From Euglena gracilis (lineage: Eukaryota), in NCBI GenBank assembly GCA_039621445.1, contig CP154954.1:46975847-47039846 (forward strand): 64,000 nucleotides of DNA. The letters are read 5' to 3'. Positions 46,181 through 59,890 of this stretch are shown here, piece after piece; position 1 is the first letter of the stretch, and every line of letters starts with the position of its first letter. Under the pieces are notes generated by a model. It ran no database searches. It worked only from the letters and a program-made list of their open reading frames with translations, and had not been told where the DNA came from. A program made the position numbers and the translations under genes.

Positions 46181-46511
46181 AAAAGGGCGACTGAAACTCC
46201 TACACCGTTCCAAAGTCTCAAGCCGATGCTAAGGGGGACGCTCCAAGGCGGCAGAGCCCGTGGAAGTCGACAACACGTAAACTGCCGGCAATAGCAAACC
46301 CGAGCTGCAGGGATCGGCAGCCTGGTGACGCAGTACTCGTGAGAAGCAGTCAGCCAACTAGGGCCGTGTCAGGCATAACCCGAGCTGCAGGGGCCACGGC
46401 CATAGTGACGCAGTGGGCTAGTGTAGTAAGGCTCTTGGGAGGGGATTGTGCGCGGCAGATGGGAGACCCTACGGAGGTTGGTAGCCGGCGCGTAGTACCA
46501 AGCCGAGTATC

Positions 46512-46584
46512 GCTCGAGTAGCTTATTCGGTAAGGTGCTGGGCTCACACGCGGGAGGTCGTGGGTTCGAGACCCAGGTCCCGCC
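46512..46584 (+). pseudogene. tRNA-Val(CAC)-derived sequence (pseudo-tRNA or SINE head)
   Basis: A box TAGCTTATTCGG (46519-46530), CTCACACGCG..AGGTC anticodon/variable region (CAC 46545-46547), B box GGTTCGAGACC (46563-46573). Acceptor stem does not pair. Confidence 0.65.
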
Positions 46585-46944
46585 GTTTGAGTCCTGGTCG
46601 ATCCCGTACGGGCAGAGGGCATACCGCGGGGATTGACTGCGCCCAAGGACGAGACACTGGTTGGCCGGACCTTGGGTGTAGTTCCCCACCCGAGGGCGTG
46701 CCACGCAAGTAGTATGAGCTGCCCCGTGGCCGTCCAACGGCGGGTGGTGACGACCGACGTATATACATTTGCCAATTGAAATTGCCTTGCTAACATCAAC
46801 CTGCTTCTCCATGCCGCCGGCCAGCTGTGTGCTCCCCCTGAAACCAACCCCCCGTCCAAACCGGCCCCTTGAAGGAGTTCCGCCAACCCAAAAGTCCTAA
46901 ACCGACGGGTCGACGGGTCGGTTTGAATGGGGGGAGGGGGTTAC

Positions 46945-47051
46945 GTTGTGGCGTTGTGTTGTGTTGTGTTGTGTTGTGTTGTGTTGTGTTGTGGTGTGTT
47001 GTGTTGTGTTGTGTTGCGTTGTGTTGTGTTGTGTTGCGTTGTGTTGTGTTG
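46945..47051. repeat. (TTGTG)n microsatellite
   Basis: About 21 units. Confidence 0.95.
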
Positions 47052-48034
47052 AACCCTGACCCTAATCCTGACCATAACCCTTTTCCTAAAAATAATGGAG
47101 TTCACCCGCACTTTGACTTCCGCAATTGAGAATATGGTGTGAGAAAGATTTTGAAGGACGTGTAAAGAGTTCGTTTGAAAGCAGTGCCAACTTTTTTCAA
47201 AATTTCCGGAAAAATTTTACTTTTCTCAATTACACTTTCACCAAGCCTTGTGACCAAAAACCAACGGACGCACCAGAACAGCACGTTGCTCTCAGAACTC
47301 GGCAATTGCACAGATCCCAACAATGTGCCACATCTCAAGGTAGCTTCCGTGGGCGCGGTTTCCGCAGGGGCCCCAGGAGCAGCCCTTCTGCGTGGTCCAG
47401 GCCAACCGCCAGGCCAGCACCGAGGGCCATTAGAGCCGCCGCCTGGAGCAGCAAGTGTCGCTTGGTCAGATATGGCACGGCGGTTGCGACGATGGCATAA
47501 TAGGCGACAGCCCCGGACGTGCCTTGCGGCCATGTATCCCTGGGCTCGTGCGACCCACAAGCAAATTTGGGTGTGCGTTCGGTTTTTCGCATGGCACCGT
47601 TTTAAGGTTTTTTCGCATGGTGTCAATTTTTTTTGCAGTTTTTGCGGCAGCCAAAACTTCGGCTGTGTGCTGCGTTGAGGTTCCGGACATGCCCCATATT
47701 GTAGCCAATACAATACCCATCGTGCATTGGATTGCCCTTAAAACTGACTTCAAAAAATATCTACATTACAATTTACCATCTAGACACCCTCTCTCCGTGA
47801 GAAGCGGCCGTAGGTTGAAGAACTGGAGGTGTCAATGGTCGCCAGGGAGGAAGATTGGACATACGGACAAGAATTATTGTGGACAAGAAGTGCTGTACAA
47901 AAATTATGGTTCTGCACGCCAAATTGGCATGTGCCGCTCAAACAGGAGACTTGCAACTCAAAACCAAGAACTGGCCACAAAACTGTCATTTGTCCCCAAT
48001 TTGGGAATTTGTGCGCTCAATGCCCAGACTTAGC

Positions 48035-48290
48035 ACACCAAATTATGGGTTTTCCCATCAAACTTTGGAACTGACAATGGGAAATTAGGCATTTGCCACC
48101 CAAAATTAGGAATTAGCAAACCGCATTAGGTTTGCATCCCAAATTTGGCATTTGTCCCAAAATTTAAGAGTTTGCATCCAAAATTAGGCATTTGCTTCCC
48201 AAATTTTGTAGTTTGCACCTCAAATTAGGCATTTGCCTCCGAAAATTTGGAGTTGGCCCACCAAATTAGGCATTTGCTAATCAAAATTGG
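48035..48290. repeat. Degenerate ~20-bp tandem repeat (CAAATTAGGCATTTGC)
   Basis: About 12 units. Confidence 0.75.
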
Positions 48291-49734
48291 GGGCTAGGTG
48301 CGCCGCTCGCGGGGGGGGGGGGGGTCTGGGACCCCCCCCCCCGCGGCCCCTGCTCGGCTTTTTTTGGACGCGTTTTTTTCAATTTCAATTTCAATTTCAA
48401 TTTCAATTTTAACAAGGGTTTTTCTAAGAAAAGGGGAAAAACACCCACTAGGTTTTGCACATAAAATTTTTGAATACATCTCAATCATTTTTGGCAACTT
48501 CTGGGTCATTTCTGCCAAAAAAATCTTTCCACAAAATATGAAAAAGTCATAAATTTGCATTTTGCATGTTTTTGACCATTTTTTTTGGCAGTTTTTGAAC
48601 TTAGTAGTATTCGAAGTATGGTTTGGGTGTTTCATAACGAGTTTTTTTAAACAAAACTTTGATGTTTTTTTGGGGCGTTTTTTTTTATAGAAAAAAAGCA
48701 CGTTGTTTTGGCTTTTTTTTTAAAAAAAAACGCCAACTATGACCTCGACCCCCCCCCTCCGCCCTCTGTGCCCAGCTTCCTCATGAAAATTGATCAAAAA
48801 TGGCCAAAAATGGCCAAAAATGACCACTTTTTGGACCCAAAAATCACCGATTTTGGGCCGCGCGTCGCCCGCGCGGCCGCCCTCGGACCCCGCCCCCCCC
48901 CCCCCGCAGCCGCCCTCAGCCCCCCCCCTGCCGTGCCTAACCTCCATTGCCTAATGCAGAAATTGAACAAAATTGTGGAAATTGGAGAAAATTGCGGAAA
49001 CTTTTACACATCAAATCCCCCCGAAAAACCCAGGGGTTCATTGGCTGGTCCCCCGTGGTCCCCTTGTGAGAGGGCTGGCCAGAGCTGGGTCAAACACAGT
49101 CCAGGAAAAAAGGACAGAAAAACCAAAAATCAGCAATGTATGTGAATGGCAGCAAGATTTTATTTGGCCCCCCGGGGGGGGGGCAAACAAAGTTTAAACA
49201 TACAAATATAAATATAAAATCTACAAACATAAAAAGAAATATAAATCAACACACACATATGGCAGCAAGGTTTTACTTGCCCCCCGAGTAAAATCTCCAT
49301 GGGGGGGCAGCAGCCTCCGCGTCCGACTTCCCCCCCCCCCTTCGGCCCCGCGGCGGCCTGGATCCGCGACGGATCCGGGCAAATCGGTCGGATCTGGGGA
49401 GATTTGGCACTTAATTCTGGGAATGGGGCTGCGGTTCGGATCGGCACGCTGAAAAATTGGTCTTTTGAGGACCCAGACAGGCCGGAAGTTGGGTCCCGTT
49501 TTGGGAAGAGTGTTAAAAGGAAGATTTTTAGGGACCCGCAATTTGAGCTGCTAATTTGAGCTGCTGGCCATTTTAAAAAATTGATTTCCACATCAAAAAA
49601 AGCATTGAAGATTTCTTTTGGCCACCAGGGCCCAACTTCATGGAAACCTCCCAAGTGGATTCACAGGTGACAACTTCCTTGGGGCACTGAATTCTCCTGA
49701 CATGCCAGGGAGGTCTTCGGATGCTGCAGTGCAG

Positions 49735-52700
49735 GGGGCGCCCAGCTGGAGCAGCAGCACATCCCCACGGCGACGTTCACGGGCAGGCTGCGGAGTTTGA
49801 GTTGGCCCAGGCGCTGGGCCCCCACCTTCCCCGCCGCGTACACGGCGAACGCCCCGGCCGACAGCAACACCACAAAACGCAGCTCACGGGTGGTGGGGGC
49901 ACTCGCGCAGTGAGCGGAGCATGGGGTGCAGAGAGGAGGAAGAGTGGGTGAGAAAACTGACATAAAAATGATGGAAAAGGCAGAAATTAAAAAAAATGGG
50001 GGAATGCAAAAAAAAAAGTGTTCCTAAAGTGATGGCACCACATTTTTTTTGGCCCCAGGCACCCACCGGGGGAGGGGGTCTGGCAGACCCACCCTCCCCC
50101 CGCCCCCGGTCCAAACTTCCTGAAATCCCGAAAAAATCCCTGACCTTCTTGTAGTTGTCATTCCAACTGCTCGGAGGCCAATCCTCTTCCGCAAGCTCAT
50201 GTCTTGGGGATTGCAGAGGCATCCACTTTCAAATGGAGCCTGTACCAGGGGGGAAAAAACCCAAGACTGATATTTCGAAAAAAGATCCCTCAAATTCAAT
50301 ATTCTGCAAAAAAAATTCCCTGCAACAATTTGTTTCCTGTTTTTGATTTTTATTCACTGTGAATCTTTGTCGAGACTGTGTATGTCTGCCAAACCGGAAA
50401 GGAGGATGGTCTGATGTAATGGGATAGGCTTCGGCGAGTTAGGCGAGGTTCGTGGTTCGTCTTATTTCCAGAAGAAAAATCAGATCACAAGGTGTGAGGC
50501 CCCACGACATCGTATCTTCGACCTCTTGGAAGGAGGAGGATGGGTATTCAAGGACCTTTCCTGAAAAAGAGCCAAAGAAACTTCTTTGGTTCCACATAAC
50601 TGCGGCAATGAGTTTGGCAGGCAACGTTTTTGGTGAATTCCGGGGATGGTAAATTACTGTACCGTCCCCGGAATTCACCAAAAACGTTGATGACACCCAC
50701 ATCGAAATGCATTCAAAGAAGTGGACCCCCATATTAGTCCACTGGGATCCGATAGGGGCCCAAAAGTTAAGCCACCGGTGCATCTCTGTTAAAACACAGC
50801 CAATTTACCCGACGCACACTGTTTGTAATTCCTTTTAGAGATAGGGTTAGGAATACAATCGGCGTTCAGAAAAGAGACCAGAAAAGGGTTAGATCGAAGT
50901 TAGAAAGGTGGGCTGAAATCAGGCTCCTGGGTTCGGGTCTTGTTACTGGGACCCCCCCCCCCCCGGGGGTAGTAACCCCCCAATATAAAGCCCTCCCTGG
51001 GGTTTATTTTTGATGCCCAAATATAAAGCCCCCCCCCCCCTGAAGTGGAGCCAGACGCTGGGGCCACTAAAGAAAATCTTTGGTGGAAACAATTTTTTTT
51101 CACCAGAAATGCTCCATTTTGGATAAGAATTGCACATTTTTGTTTGCAAAAAATGGGAGGTACACAACGAAAATTTGGCATAAAATTGGTATTTGGCCAC
51201 AATTGAAGGCCGCAGAAGGTCACAGAGGCCACCCGAAAAAGTTTGATTCCCCCCCCCAATGTAAAGCCCCCCCAAATGTAAAGCCCCCTGGGGGTCTTGA
51301 AAGCCCGCCCAGATATGAAGCCGGGGGAGCTTAATATTTGGGGGGGGGTTCAACGCCGTTAATCGGGTTGAGTTTACTGGGAGTTTACTGCAAAAAAAAG
51401 TGTGGCTGGTTTTGGTGCTTGCGACTCCACGGACCTTGAGTTTGAACCAGCCCAGAGGCATTCTTCTTGGTGGATTTTGAAGAGTGGGTGAGTTCATGTC
51501 ACTGGGCCTGACCCGTTTTCTTTTTGACCAGGTCAGGTGAGCCCCCATCAGTCGGGTAGAACTAAAATTATATTGTCATTGTTGTTAATGTGGTTCTGGC
51601 TGGTTTGGGGGGGGTGTTGTTGTATGGGTGGATGGAGCATGCACCAAACATGCCCCCCCAAATCAGACAGTCCTCAGTGTGATGCATCATCTTTTGGAGA
51701 TGTTCGGATCCTGATGTAAGCTCCCCTGGCAACAAGATCAGGATTTAAATTAAGAGCAAATAGAAACACATGAAATAAACACCAAATTCGAGGTAAATGC
51801 CCTTTAAAAATGCCAAAACATCTGACAAACAGAAACCTCATGTCAAGCAGGGGGAAAGAATCAGTGCCCATAAAAGCTGCAAACCCTAAATAAGACAATC
51901 ACAAATATGATCCCCATGGGTCTATTTTCAGAAACCCAAATGCACACAATGCCTTGTGTTAGGGCAAGGCAAGGCACCGGTCTCATTTTTTGGGGAGGGA
52001 AGAAAAGGCAAGAGTGGTTGTTGCTGTACTCCTTTCACTGCTCTGCAAGAATGCAGAAGACTGAAAAGGTTCACATCTCCCCCTGCACCCCTCTCGGGCT
52101 TCAACTGGTCACATTGTGTCACCGCTGGGGTTTCAGAAGCTACCGCATTTCACAGCGGAGTGGCCGGCCCCCAGCAGCCACTTGCCCCGCACCTTGCGCT
52201 GGAAGCCCTGCATTTCCAGCAGGTTCTCGCGGGAGGACGCCTTGCGTTTCTTGATCCGCTGGTTGATGGGGGCAGGGAGCCTCGCCGAGGCGGCAAAGTG
52301 TATCGGAAAACCCAACGTCCCCTTGGCGTGTGTACCAGCAGTGTTCCGTTCCCGTTTCCGAATTGCAGCACCGGATTTCTCAACCGTGTGAGATGGGCTG
52401 AGGTGCCCTGCTGTCGTAGAGAGCACACAAAGGCGCGTTAAGTCAGCCACAACAGGCTGACTTAAGACAAGAGGGATGCTGACCCCAGGGATGTATGGGA
52501 AGTCCTGAGGAGGGGGGTCGGACACCCTCCCGACACGGAGGGGGGGGAGACGGGCGGACCCCCCCCTAACCTCGAAACAGTGATGAGGAGGGAATTTTTT
52601 GGCTCTGCGTCCAGAAGGCTGAATACCAGCCCAAAAATTGTTTAAAGATCAAATTGGTTAAAGATCCCTGACTTTCTCTTTGAAAATAAACCCCCCAAAA

Positions 52701-55700
52701 TGACTGTTGTTTCGATTTTTTTGACATCTTTTCCCATTGTGGAAACACCAAAATATCCAAACATGTGTGCAGTATGCATAAAAGGGAAAGGTACTTTTTC
52801 TGGAGTGCAATGCCGAAAGAGAATTTTTCACCTTTTTTGGAACCTGCCAAGCTCTGTCCCCTCCTGGGGGGTTCAGAACCGTGTATTTCTTAAAGACCGG
52901 GGGAGGGGGGTGCCCCCCCACCCACCCAGGCCTGGGTACCCCCTCCCCCGGGGAAGGGGGGTCAGGGGGGCCAACTCTTGGGGAGTCGATTTCGGGGTTA
53001 CAAAAAAATTTGGCACTTTGCGCCAAAAATGCAGGGAAATGCACTCCTTCAGGGGGTACCGGCTCGGCCCAACCCCTCCCCCTCCCCCACCCGGGGTCCA
53101 ACCGTTAAAAAATCCCAAGTCCGGACCCCCCACCTTACGCCCCAGGGGGGGGTCAGGACCCCCCACCACCACCCAACTCAAAACCAGAGGGCTTCCCATA
53201 CATCTGGCCACCCCACAGTGCCACGCAGGCACTGCGTGGCACTGCAGGGTGGGCATCCCCAGGGACACAGCCCAGGAAAGAGGCCGTCCTCCGCACTTCG
53301 GGGGTCTCCCTGAGCGTAGGTCCTCAGCGCCTTGTTGGCCTTCGGGTCCACGTGGCTGAGCACGTCCTGGGTCCTTTCCATCAACTCAGCGGGCGCCCCC
53401 CTCCCCCTGCGTCCCGCACAAAACCCCGCCCCGGTGCTCGCCGGCGATCTCTTCCGGTGCAGCCACATCGGCCACCCCGCGGCCGGCAGTCCGGGGGTGT
53501 GGACAAACAGAGAAAAAACACTGCACAGCCACCCTGGAAGCTGTGACAAGCGCCAAAGGGGTTCAATGTCTGGCTCCACACAAACGACTACCACACAGAC
53601 AGGCACCTCAAGCACAATGTGGCGTTGGAAACAAAGGGTCCAAGGTGCCCAGCCTGAACACCCAACAAATGCCCAGCTGCAGACATTACACTCCAGGGAT
53701 ATCGTGCCCGGGAGGGGGGCGAGCGAGGTGCAGCGCCACCTGCGACTGCAGCCGCCGCTTCATTTGCTGGAGCTGCGCCTGGAGCTGCTGCGCCTTCGCC
53801 ACCGCTGGCACGGCAGCCGGCGGCCCAGTCAGCCCGAACAGTCCGCCCCCCCCCCCCCCGAGGACAGCTGGGGCAATGCTGGCGCATATGGTGGCCTGCA
53901 CCAGGGACCAAAGACGATACAGTTTGGGGGGGGAGCAGCACCAGGTACCCGTGCCTGCCTGTCGCTGCCTGTCGCTGCCTGGGGGATGGGATGAGGAGCG
54001 CAGCACCCATCCTTGGGGCATGGTTGGGGGGGAAAAGGGAAAATGTGGGTCTCCTATTTGATGGAGAAAGAACGACTGAACAGACCAACCCCCATATGTT
54101 TGAAGAGAAAATGCCCCTCTTTGAGTTTGGGGATGGGCATGCCTGAGCTCTCCGCAGCAGGGGGGGGGAACTGAACGGGAAAAAATGTTGTGGGAAAAAT
54201 TCTGAACGAAATTTTGTCCATCCAATTTCCTCCAGTAAACGCCCAAAAAATTTATTCGGCGCTTCGCGCCGATGTTTGAAATATATTTTTGTTCCAAATC
54301 ACTTATATTGATCATTCAAAAAGAAAGAATATATTCTTGCTTAGTTTTGCAATGTGGAGTTTTTAGATTTCACCAATTTTAGGTGAAATTTAGAAATGGC
54401 CGTATTCATGTTCATGTAACAACTCATACGATCTACCCATGTGATGGGTCCCAACACCACTGGACACAGCTACTTGTTGGACCTCAGGAAAGCAGCGATG
54501 GAAGCAGGCCCCAAGCCACCCGATCCCTTCATTCCCATTTTGATAGAGGGCCTGTTGGTAGCACCCCCCCAAAATAAGACCTAATCTTATTTTTGGGGGG
54601 TCATTTTGGATTTTCTTGACCGACCCGGGCCCCAAAAAATCCTCATTTTTTGGGTTTCTAAAGACCCTCAAAATTTTCCTTCGGCGTTCCATGCTATGTG
54701 TTAATTGGTATAAATTTAAAAATCGCCGTATTTTTTTTGGTTTCAAAGTCGTCAAAAGTTTGCAAAATTTTAATCATTCTTGCGCCAAGATCAGCGTTCT
54801 TCGTAATATTCCAGAATTTTTCATCGGGCTCAGGGCTTCGCGCCAAATTTGATGATAAATTTGGGGGTCTTTATTTTGAATTCTTTGCTCAGTCGACCCG
54901 GGGGGGGGTCTTAAATTTGGAGGGGGTATGGGCCGCCGTGGGCAACGGCTGGAACGTGGCGGCGTCTGCCTTGACGCCCCGCGAGGCCTCCGCCAGGGCC
55001 TGCCCCGCCGCGCCGTACGCCTCCTGGCGGATGCGGGCCATGGTGTCGATGTGGTCCGCATCCACCAGGCCCGCCGCGTAGTCCCCGGCAGGCAGGCACG
55101 AGATGGCAAGAAGAACGGCCTCGTGTACTGGGGGCTGCGGGTTCAGTGCGGAGGAAATTTTCTTGACACGTTTGATGGGGCAGCCAGGGCCGTATGGGAA
55201 GGCCTGGTGGGGGGCCGGACCCCCCCCCCCCCCGGGAGGTGGGGGGGTCCACCACCCCCACCCACCGGTGTAAAGAAAATTTTGACCTAAAAATCGGCGC
55301 TCCCACAGAAGTACGGGAAGGCCCGGTGGGTGGGGGTCGACGCCCGACCCACCACCCAGAGGGTTGCAGGGATTCCTCCACATCCCCAGGGCCAGCATTG
55401 GTCTCGCGCTGCAATGTGGTGCACGAAAACATCAAAGCACTTCCTGTTGTGGGGGGGGGGGGGGTCGTTGGAACGCTGGCGCCGGTCTGGACCACGGTGG
55501 CCTGCTGGAGGCTGCTGAGCAGCTGCTCCGCCTTGGCGAGGGCTGTGCTGGCGGTTTGGTGGGACGTGAGCAGCCGGGGTTGGGGGGATGACGCTTGATG
55601 CCCGCAGGCACAGCGAAAAGAAAAAACGGCGACAGAAAAGGGGAAAGGAACAGCGGGAAGGGGCCAAGGTAAGAAATGCGAACAAAACAAAATGCAAAAG

Positions 55701-56963
55701 GACAGAAGCAATGAGTTACGATCCTAACTTGAATCAATACAATACAATACGATACGATGCTAACGCCCACTTGCCACCCTTGGGGATGAAAATATGTCAA
55801 ATTCCAGAGTGTGTCACAGTTGAAACTCAACAATTGTTCAAAAAAGAAAAGTAAACGTAGGTGGACCCCCCTCCCCCCAGGGCCCCAGGGGGGGTGGGAT
55901 GTCACGGGAGGTAGGTTCGTGGGAGGTAGGTGCCGTGGCCCATCAACCAACCAAAACAGGGGTTTGGTTGGGCCGCGGCCGACCGCGACCCAACCACGGC
56001 CACATTTTGCTGTCAGAATTCTGATTTGGTTGGGCCGCGGCCCCAACCAAACTGCAAAAGGCGATCACAAAACAAAAAATATTTTATGGAGGTTTGGAAA
56101 GCCGCCCACACTCCGACATTCCAAGGTCAGATGCACGCCCGGCTGGTTGGGGTCTCGGACTTGGGCGGCGCTGGCCGGGGAGGCGAGGTGGGGGGCGGCT
56201 TCTCCTTAGGGGGAAGGATGTCAGACAGATTCGCCTTGACGTAGGAGCGGGCGATGTCGACCTCGTCATCCGAGATGTCTTCCACCTCGGGCAGCCCCCT
56301 GTGGCGTAACCTCCCCACCCCAAATTTGACGACGGGCCATTTTTTGACTGAGAGAGACTTTGGTCAGAGGAAATCCGAAGGGGTCAAGGTGGTTTCAGAT
56401 GGTTACAACAAAAATGTCTGATCTCAAAGTCGCTTGATGGGGATATCCCATTGCCTTATGGGCCTGGTGCTCTTCTCAGAAGCGGTCCATCCGCTTGTAT
56501 TCCACTTTTGCGTCAGCCTGCCCATGGGGCATCTGCTCAGTGTGGTCGCGGACCCTTCTCTTCTCCCATCCCGTATCCGTACGATACCGAATTTGTGGTG
56601 ATTTGAGCGAACACCCCCCGTTTAGGAAGGCCCCTCGGATGCCGCCCCCCATGCCTTCCGGCCAATAGGGAAATATCCACCAATTGAGACAGACCCACCA
56701 GTGGCGTGGGGAAAAAAAATGCTGAAGCTAAGGCATAGTGACATGGATTCAAGTTAATGGAGTATTAGGCACAACCCACTGTTGTCTCGAAAAGGACAAC
56801 CCTGAGGCGCTTTGGACCCATTCCACCCTGTGCCTGCCAGCCGCCAACGGCCGCGGGGGTTGAGTGGCAGCGGCGGGCTGCTCAGGACCACCTCATCGTC
56901 CGCAGCCCCGACGGAGATGGTCGCCAGCAGCACCGCCAGCGCCAGGAGCCAGGCCCGACGCAT
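49735..56963 (-). CDS. Probable multi-exon host gene, secreted or membrane protein of unknown function (exon limits approximate)
   Basis: ATG at 56963 opens a signal-peptide-like MRRAWLLALAVLLATISVGA. GC-rich coding-like islands at ~56130-56300, 55470-55590, 54960-55090, 53730-53805, 53310-53385 and 52160-52430. Hydrophobic FVVLLSAGAFAVYAAG near 49830-49880. Confidence 0.45.
53216..53244. repeat. Perfect 13-bp-stem hairpin
   Basis: cagtgccacgcag-gca-ctgcgtggcactg. Confidence 0.85.
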
Positions 56964-59497
56964 GGCACAGGGGGCCACGGGCGGAGCGGGGAGGAGCTGG
57001 GCAAGCGGAAAAGGACACCCGTGCCAGCGATCTCGGTCACTGCCGTCCCATACCGACCTCAGGGTGTGCGCGGTCAAAGCCCTCCCCAAACGGTCACACC
57101 GATGCTTTGAAAAGCAGGGTGGCCGGAAACTGGACGGGGAAAACGTTGAAAGGGGGTGGGCCATTGTGGGGGGAGGGGGTCAGGACACAGGGCAGCAAAC
57201 TTTGCCAAGGGGTCCGATCAGGCTATTGCGGTGCCCAGTTGGAAGACACCTTCCTCCCAGCTGGGGAAGGGATCAGACTTCCCCAGAGGGAGAGGGGGAC
57301 CCAGCCCGGTGCAGGACACTGCTCCTCCTGGCGGCGGGGGATCCCCAAAATCAGGTTGTGTGGAGGCATTTCTCAACACTGCGCTTCATGTGGAAACCCA
57401 ACCCCCCCTCTGAGAGTTCCTACCCTTGATCCGCCCACCCCTCCCCGGGGTCTTCCGAATAATAAAAAAAAGAGGCCTGAAAGGGATCAGGTTATCAGGA
57501 TCAGGTTGGGGTAGCCAAGAAATAAAACAAAATTGGGCCCAGAGAATCTGGGAAAGATAAAGAGAAAACAAGAATGCTCTCCCCAATGAAACCGCCCCGC
57601 GCATAATTGGTGGATGACTCCCCCGGAAAAAAAAAACGGTCGGAAAGAAGCGTGCCTCGGACAGCAGTAGATGACAAAGAAACCAAACAAACAATTGCCG
57701 CCTGTGTGGTGGAACTTTTTTTTTGGTGAAAACCTGAACCCTCTCCTTTTCCACAGGAGGGAGTTGATGCCTCCTTCCATAGGGACAACGAGATAAAATG
57801 TGTGAAGTATCAAAACTTCTCATCCTGAAAATGCCAAAAAAAAAAGCATTTGGCACTTTTGGGCACTTTGTTTGGTTGACTGGGAAAAAAATTCCTTCGG
57901 TGCTGTACACAAGGCGGAAATAGGACTTTCAATTTGATTTTTTGTGTGGCTGATTTTGTTGCAAAAAAAAACCACAAAAAATGCCAGAAATGGGCATTTT
58001 CGGCAGGTTTTGGGGATGTTTCTGGCGCTTCGCACCAGTCAGTGGGAAAATATTTTCCTAGCCCTGCTTGCACACCCCCTGGGGTCCACTAGGATTTCCA
58101 CTAGCCAATTTTGGACTAGCTGCAGTCCACCAGGGGGGTACTCAAACCACACCGCAAACTGGGCTAGAAGCGATTTTAGCGCCGGCCATGAACAGACAAG
58201 AATCCTGAGTGCAACTAAGGGGCACTCAAACCCTTAAGCAGAAGCCTGGAAGCAGCACATGGGTGGCACAGGCTGGGTGGAAGCAATCCAAAAAGTTGGA
58301 GTGAAAGGACAAAGAAATCTGCAGCAAGCAAAGCTTGCCAGCAGATGTTGCAAACCTGGGGCACCATTGCAAAACAGTGGGTTGCATTGCCCATTGATGG
58401 GAAGCACACGGCAGGGAGTTCTACATATGGGACACACGTTTGCGCGGCTTCAAATGGGCAGCGAGGCCTGGTCCATCCTTGACTCGCACTCCAGGTTCCC
58501 CCCCAAAGTTAACTGCATTATTTCAGAAACAACCAACAATGCTTTCCGTTGTTCCTGAATTCAGAGAAGATTGATGCATGTTGATGGTAGCTTGAAGGGC
58601 AGCCGGACGTGGACCGATGAATGTCCTTGAAGGGGCAGAAATGGCGACAATAGGGTGGGCCCAACTGGGCGACAATTGAGTGACCAATCAAGAGGGTGGA
58701 GAATGCTCAAAAAAACTTGCACCCATATGAAAGGCGGCCAACTTCACACACTTGTTTCCATCACAACGTAGGATGTGGCATTGGAAAAAACAACTTCCTG
58801 AAGCAAAGAAGAAGTTGTGACTAATACTTGATCACTTTGTGATGGGCTTCTGCTTAAATCACAGCCTGATGGTACGCTCACAAAAGCAGGTTCCCCTTGC
58901 GCTGGCCAAACAAAAACATGCACAAAAAAAACACCATCTGAGTGGCAAATGAAGAATCGAAATGGCAAATTCCGCAAATGCAAACTTTCTGCCCCACAAT
59001 GGCCACTGAGGCTGGGCCTCCCTGGTCAAAACACTATATTTGCAAGGGTTTGGTATGAGTGTACATCATGGTTTACCACGGGTTACCACGAGTCGCCAGC
59101 TCCACCACCACCGGTGAAGAGGCCGCCTGCAGCGCCAGAATAGCACCATAACGATTGCATGTCGGCATACGCATATGCCCAATGTGCGAAAACAATATTG
59201 CATCCTGAAATGAAAATTAAATCCAAAAAGATACTTAGCATAAAGAGCCAGAGATCAGTTTACCCACAACAAATTTGTTGAAACCAAAATCCAAGGGCGG
59301 TGATAAAAATCAGCTGTGATTCTTGCTACCCTTTTCAAAACCTCAGAAGCTGCACACTGTGGTGCGGGGACGCCAAAGCCTATCTCAGACAACTTTGGGT
59401 CACCCTCATTAATCATTGTCGGGGCGGGGGGAGGAGGGATGCACTGGCCTGGCCTCGGAAAAAAATGTGCAAAATGTGAAAAAAATGCGCATTTTTT

Positions 59498-59890
59498 AAA
59501 AACCTATTTTCCGGGCCCGACGTCTGTCTTGAAATTCTACTGAGATTAATTTCCAAGACATCGGAATCCGTTTAGGTCAGTCGATTCCCATTCAGGCGCC
59601 CGTATATGTCGGTCGATTTCCATTCAGGCGCCCGTTTATGTCAGTCAATTGCCAGGCGCCCGTTTATGTCAGTCAATTGCCAGGCGCCCGTTTATGTCAG
59701 TCGATTTCCATTCAGGCGCCCGTTTATGTCAGTCAGGCGCCCGTTAATGGGCCAAAAACCACTTTTTGGGCAATATTTCCGTCCGGGCGGTTCGGTCGAA
59801 TGAATTTCAAGACAGGGATCGGGCCCAGACGAGCGAGCGAAGCGAGCCGCCCGGCGCCCCTGCTGAATCTGTTAGTGTCGGTCAATTTTT
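59498..59890. mobile_element. Short copy of the 14251-15366 TIR family plus half of the 14145 hairpin
   Basis: aaacctattttccgggcccgacgtctgtcttgaaatt ... aatttcaagacagggatcgggcccag; 32-bp repeat units in reverse orientation. Confidence 0.7.

Noticed and set aside
46512-46584. Functional tRNA-Val gene
   Set aside because: The acceptor and anticodon stems pair poorly; kept only as tRNA-derived sequence.
53480-55610. Non-canonical CGG 3' splice sites after pyrimidine tracts
   Set aside because: Alternative AG acceptors exist near most of these exons; this cannot be supported without transcripts.
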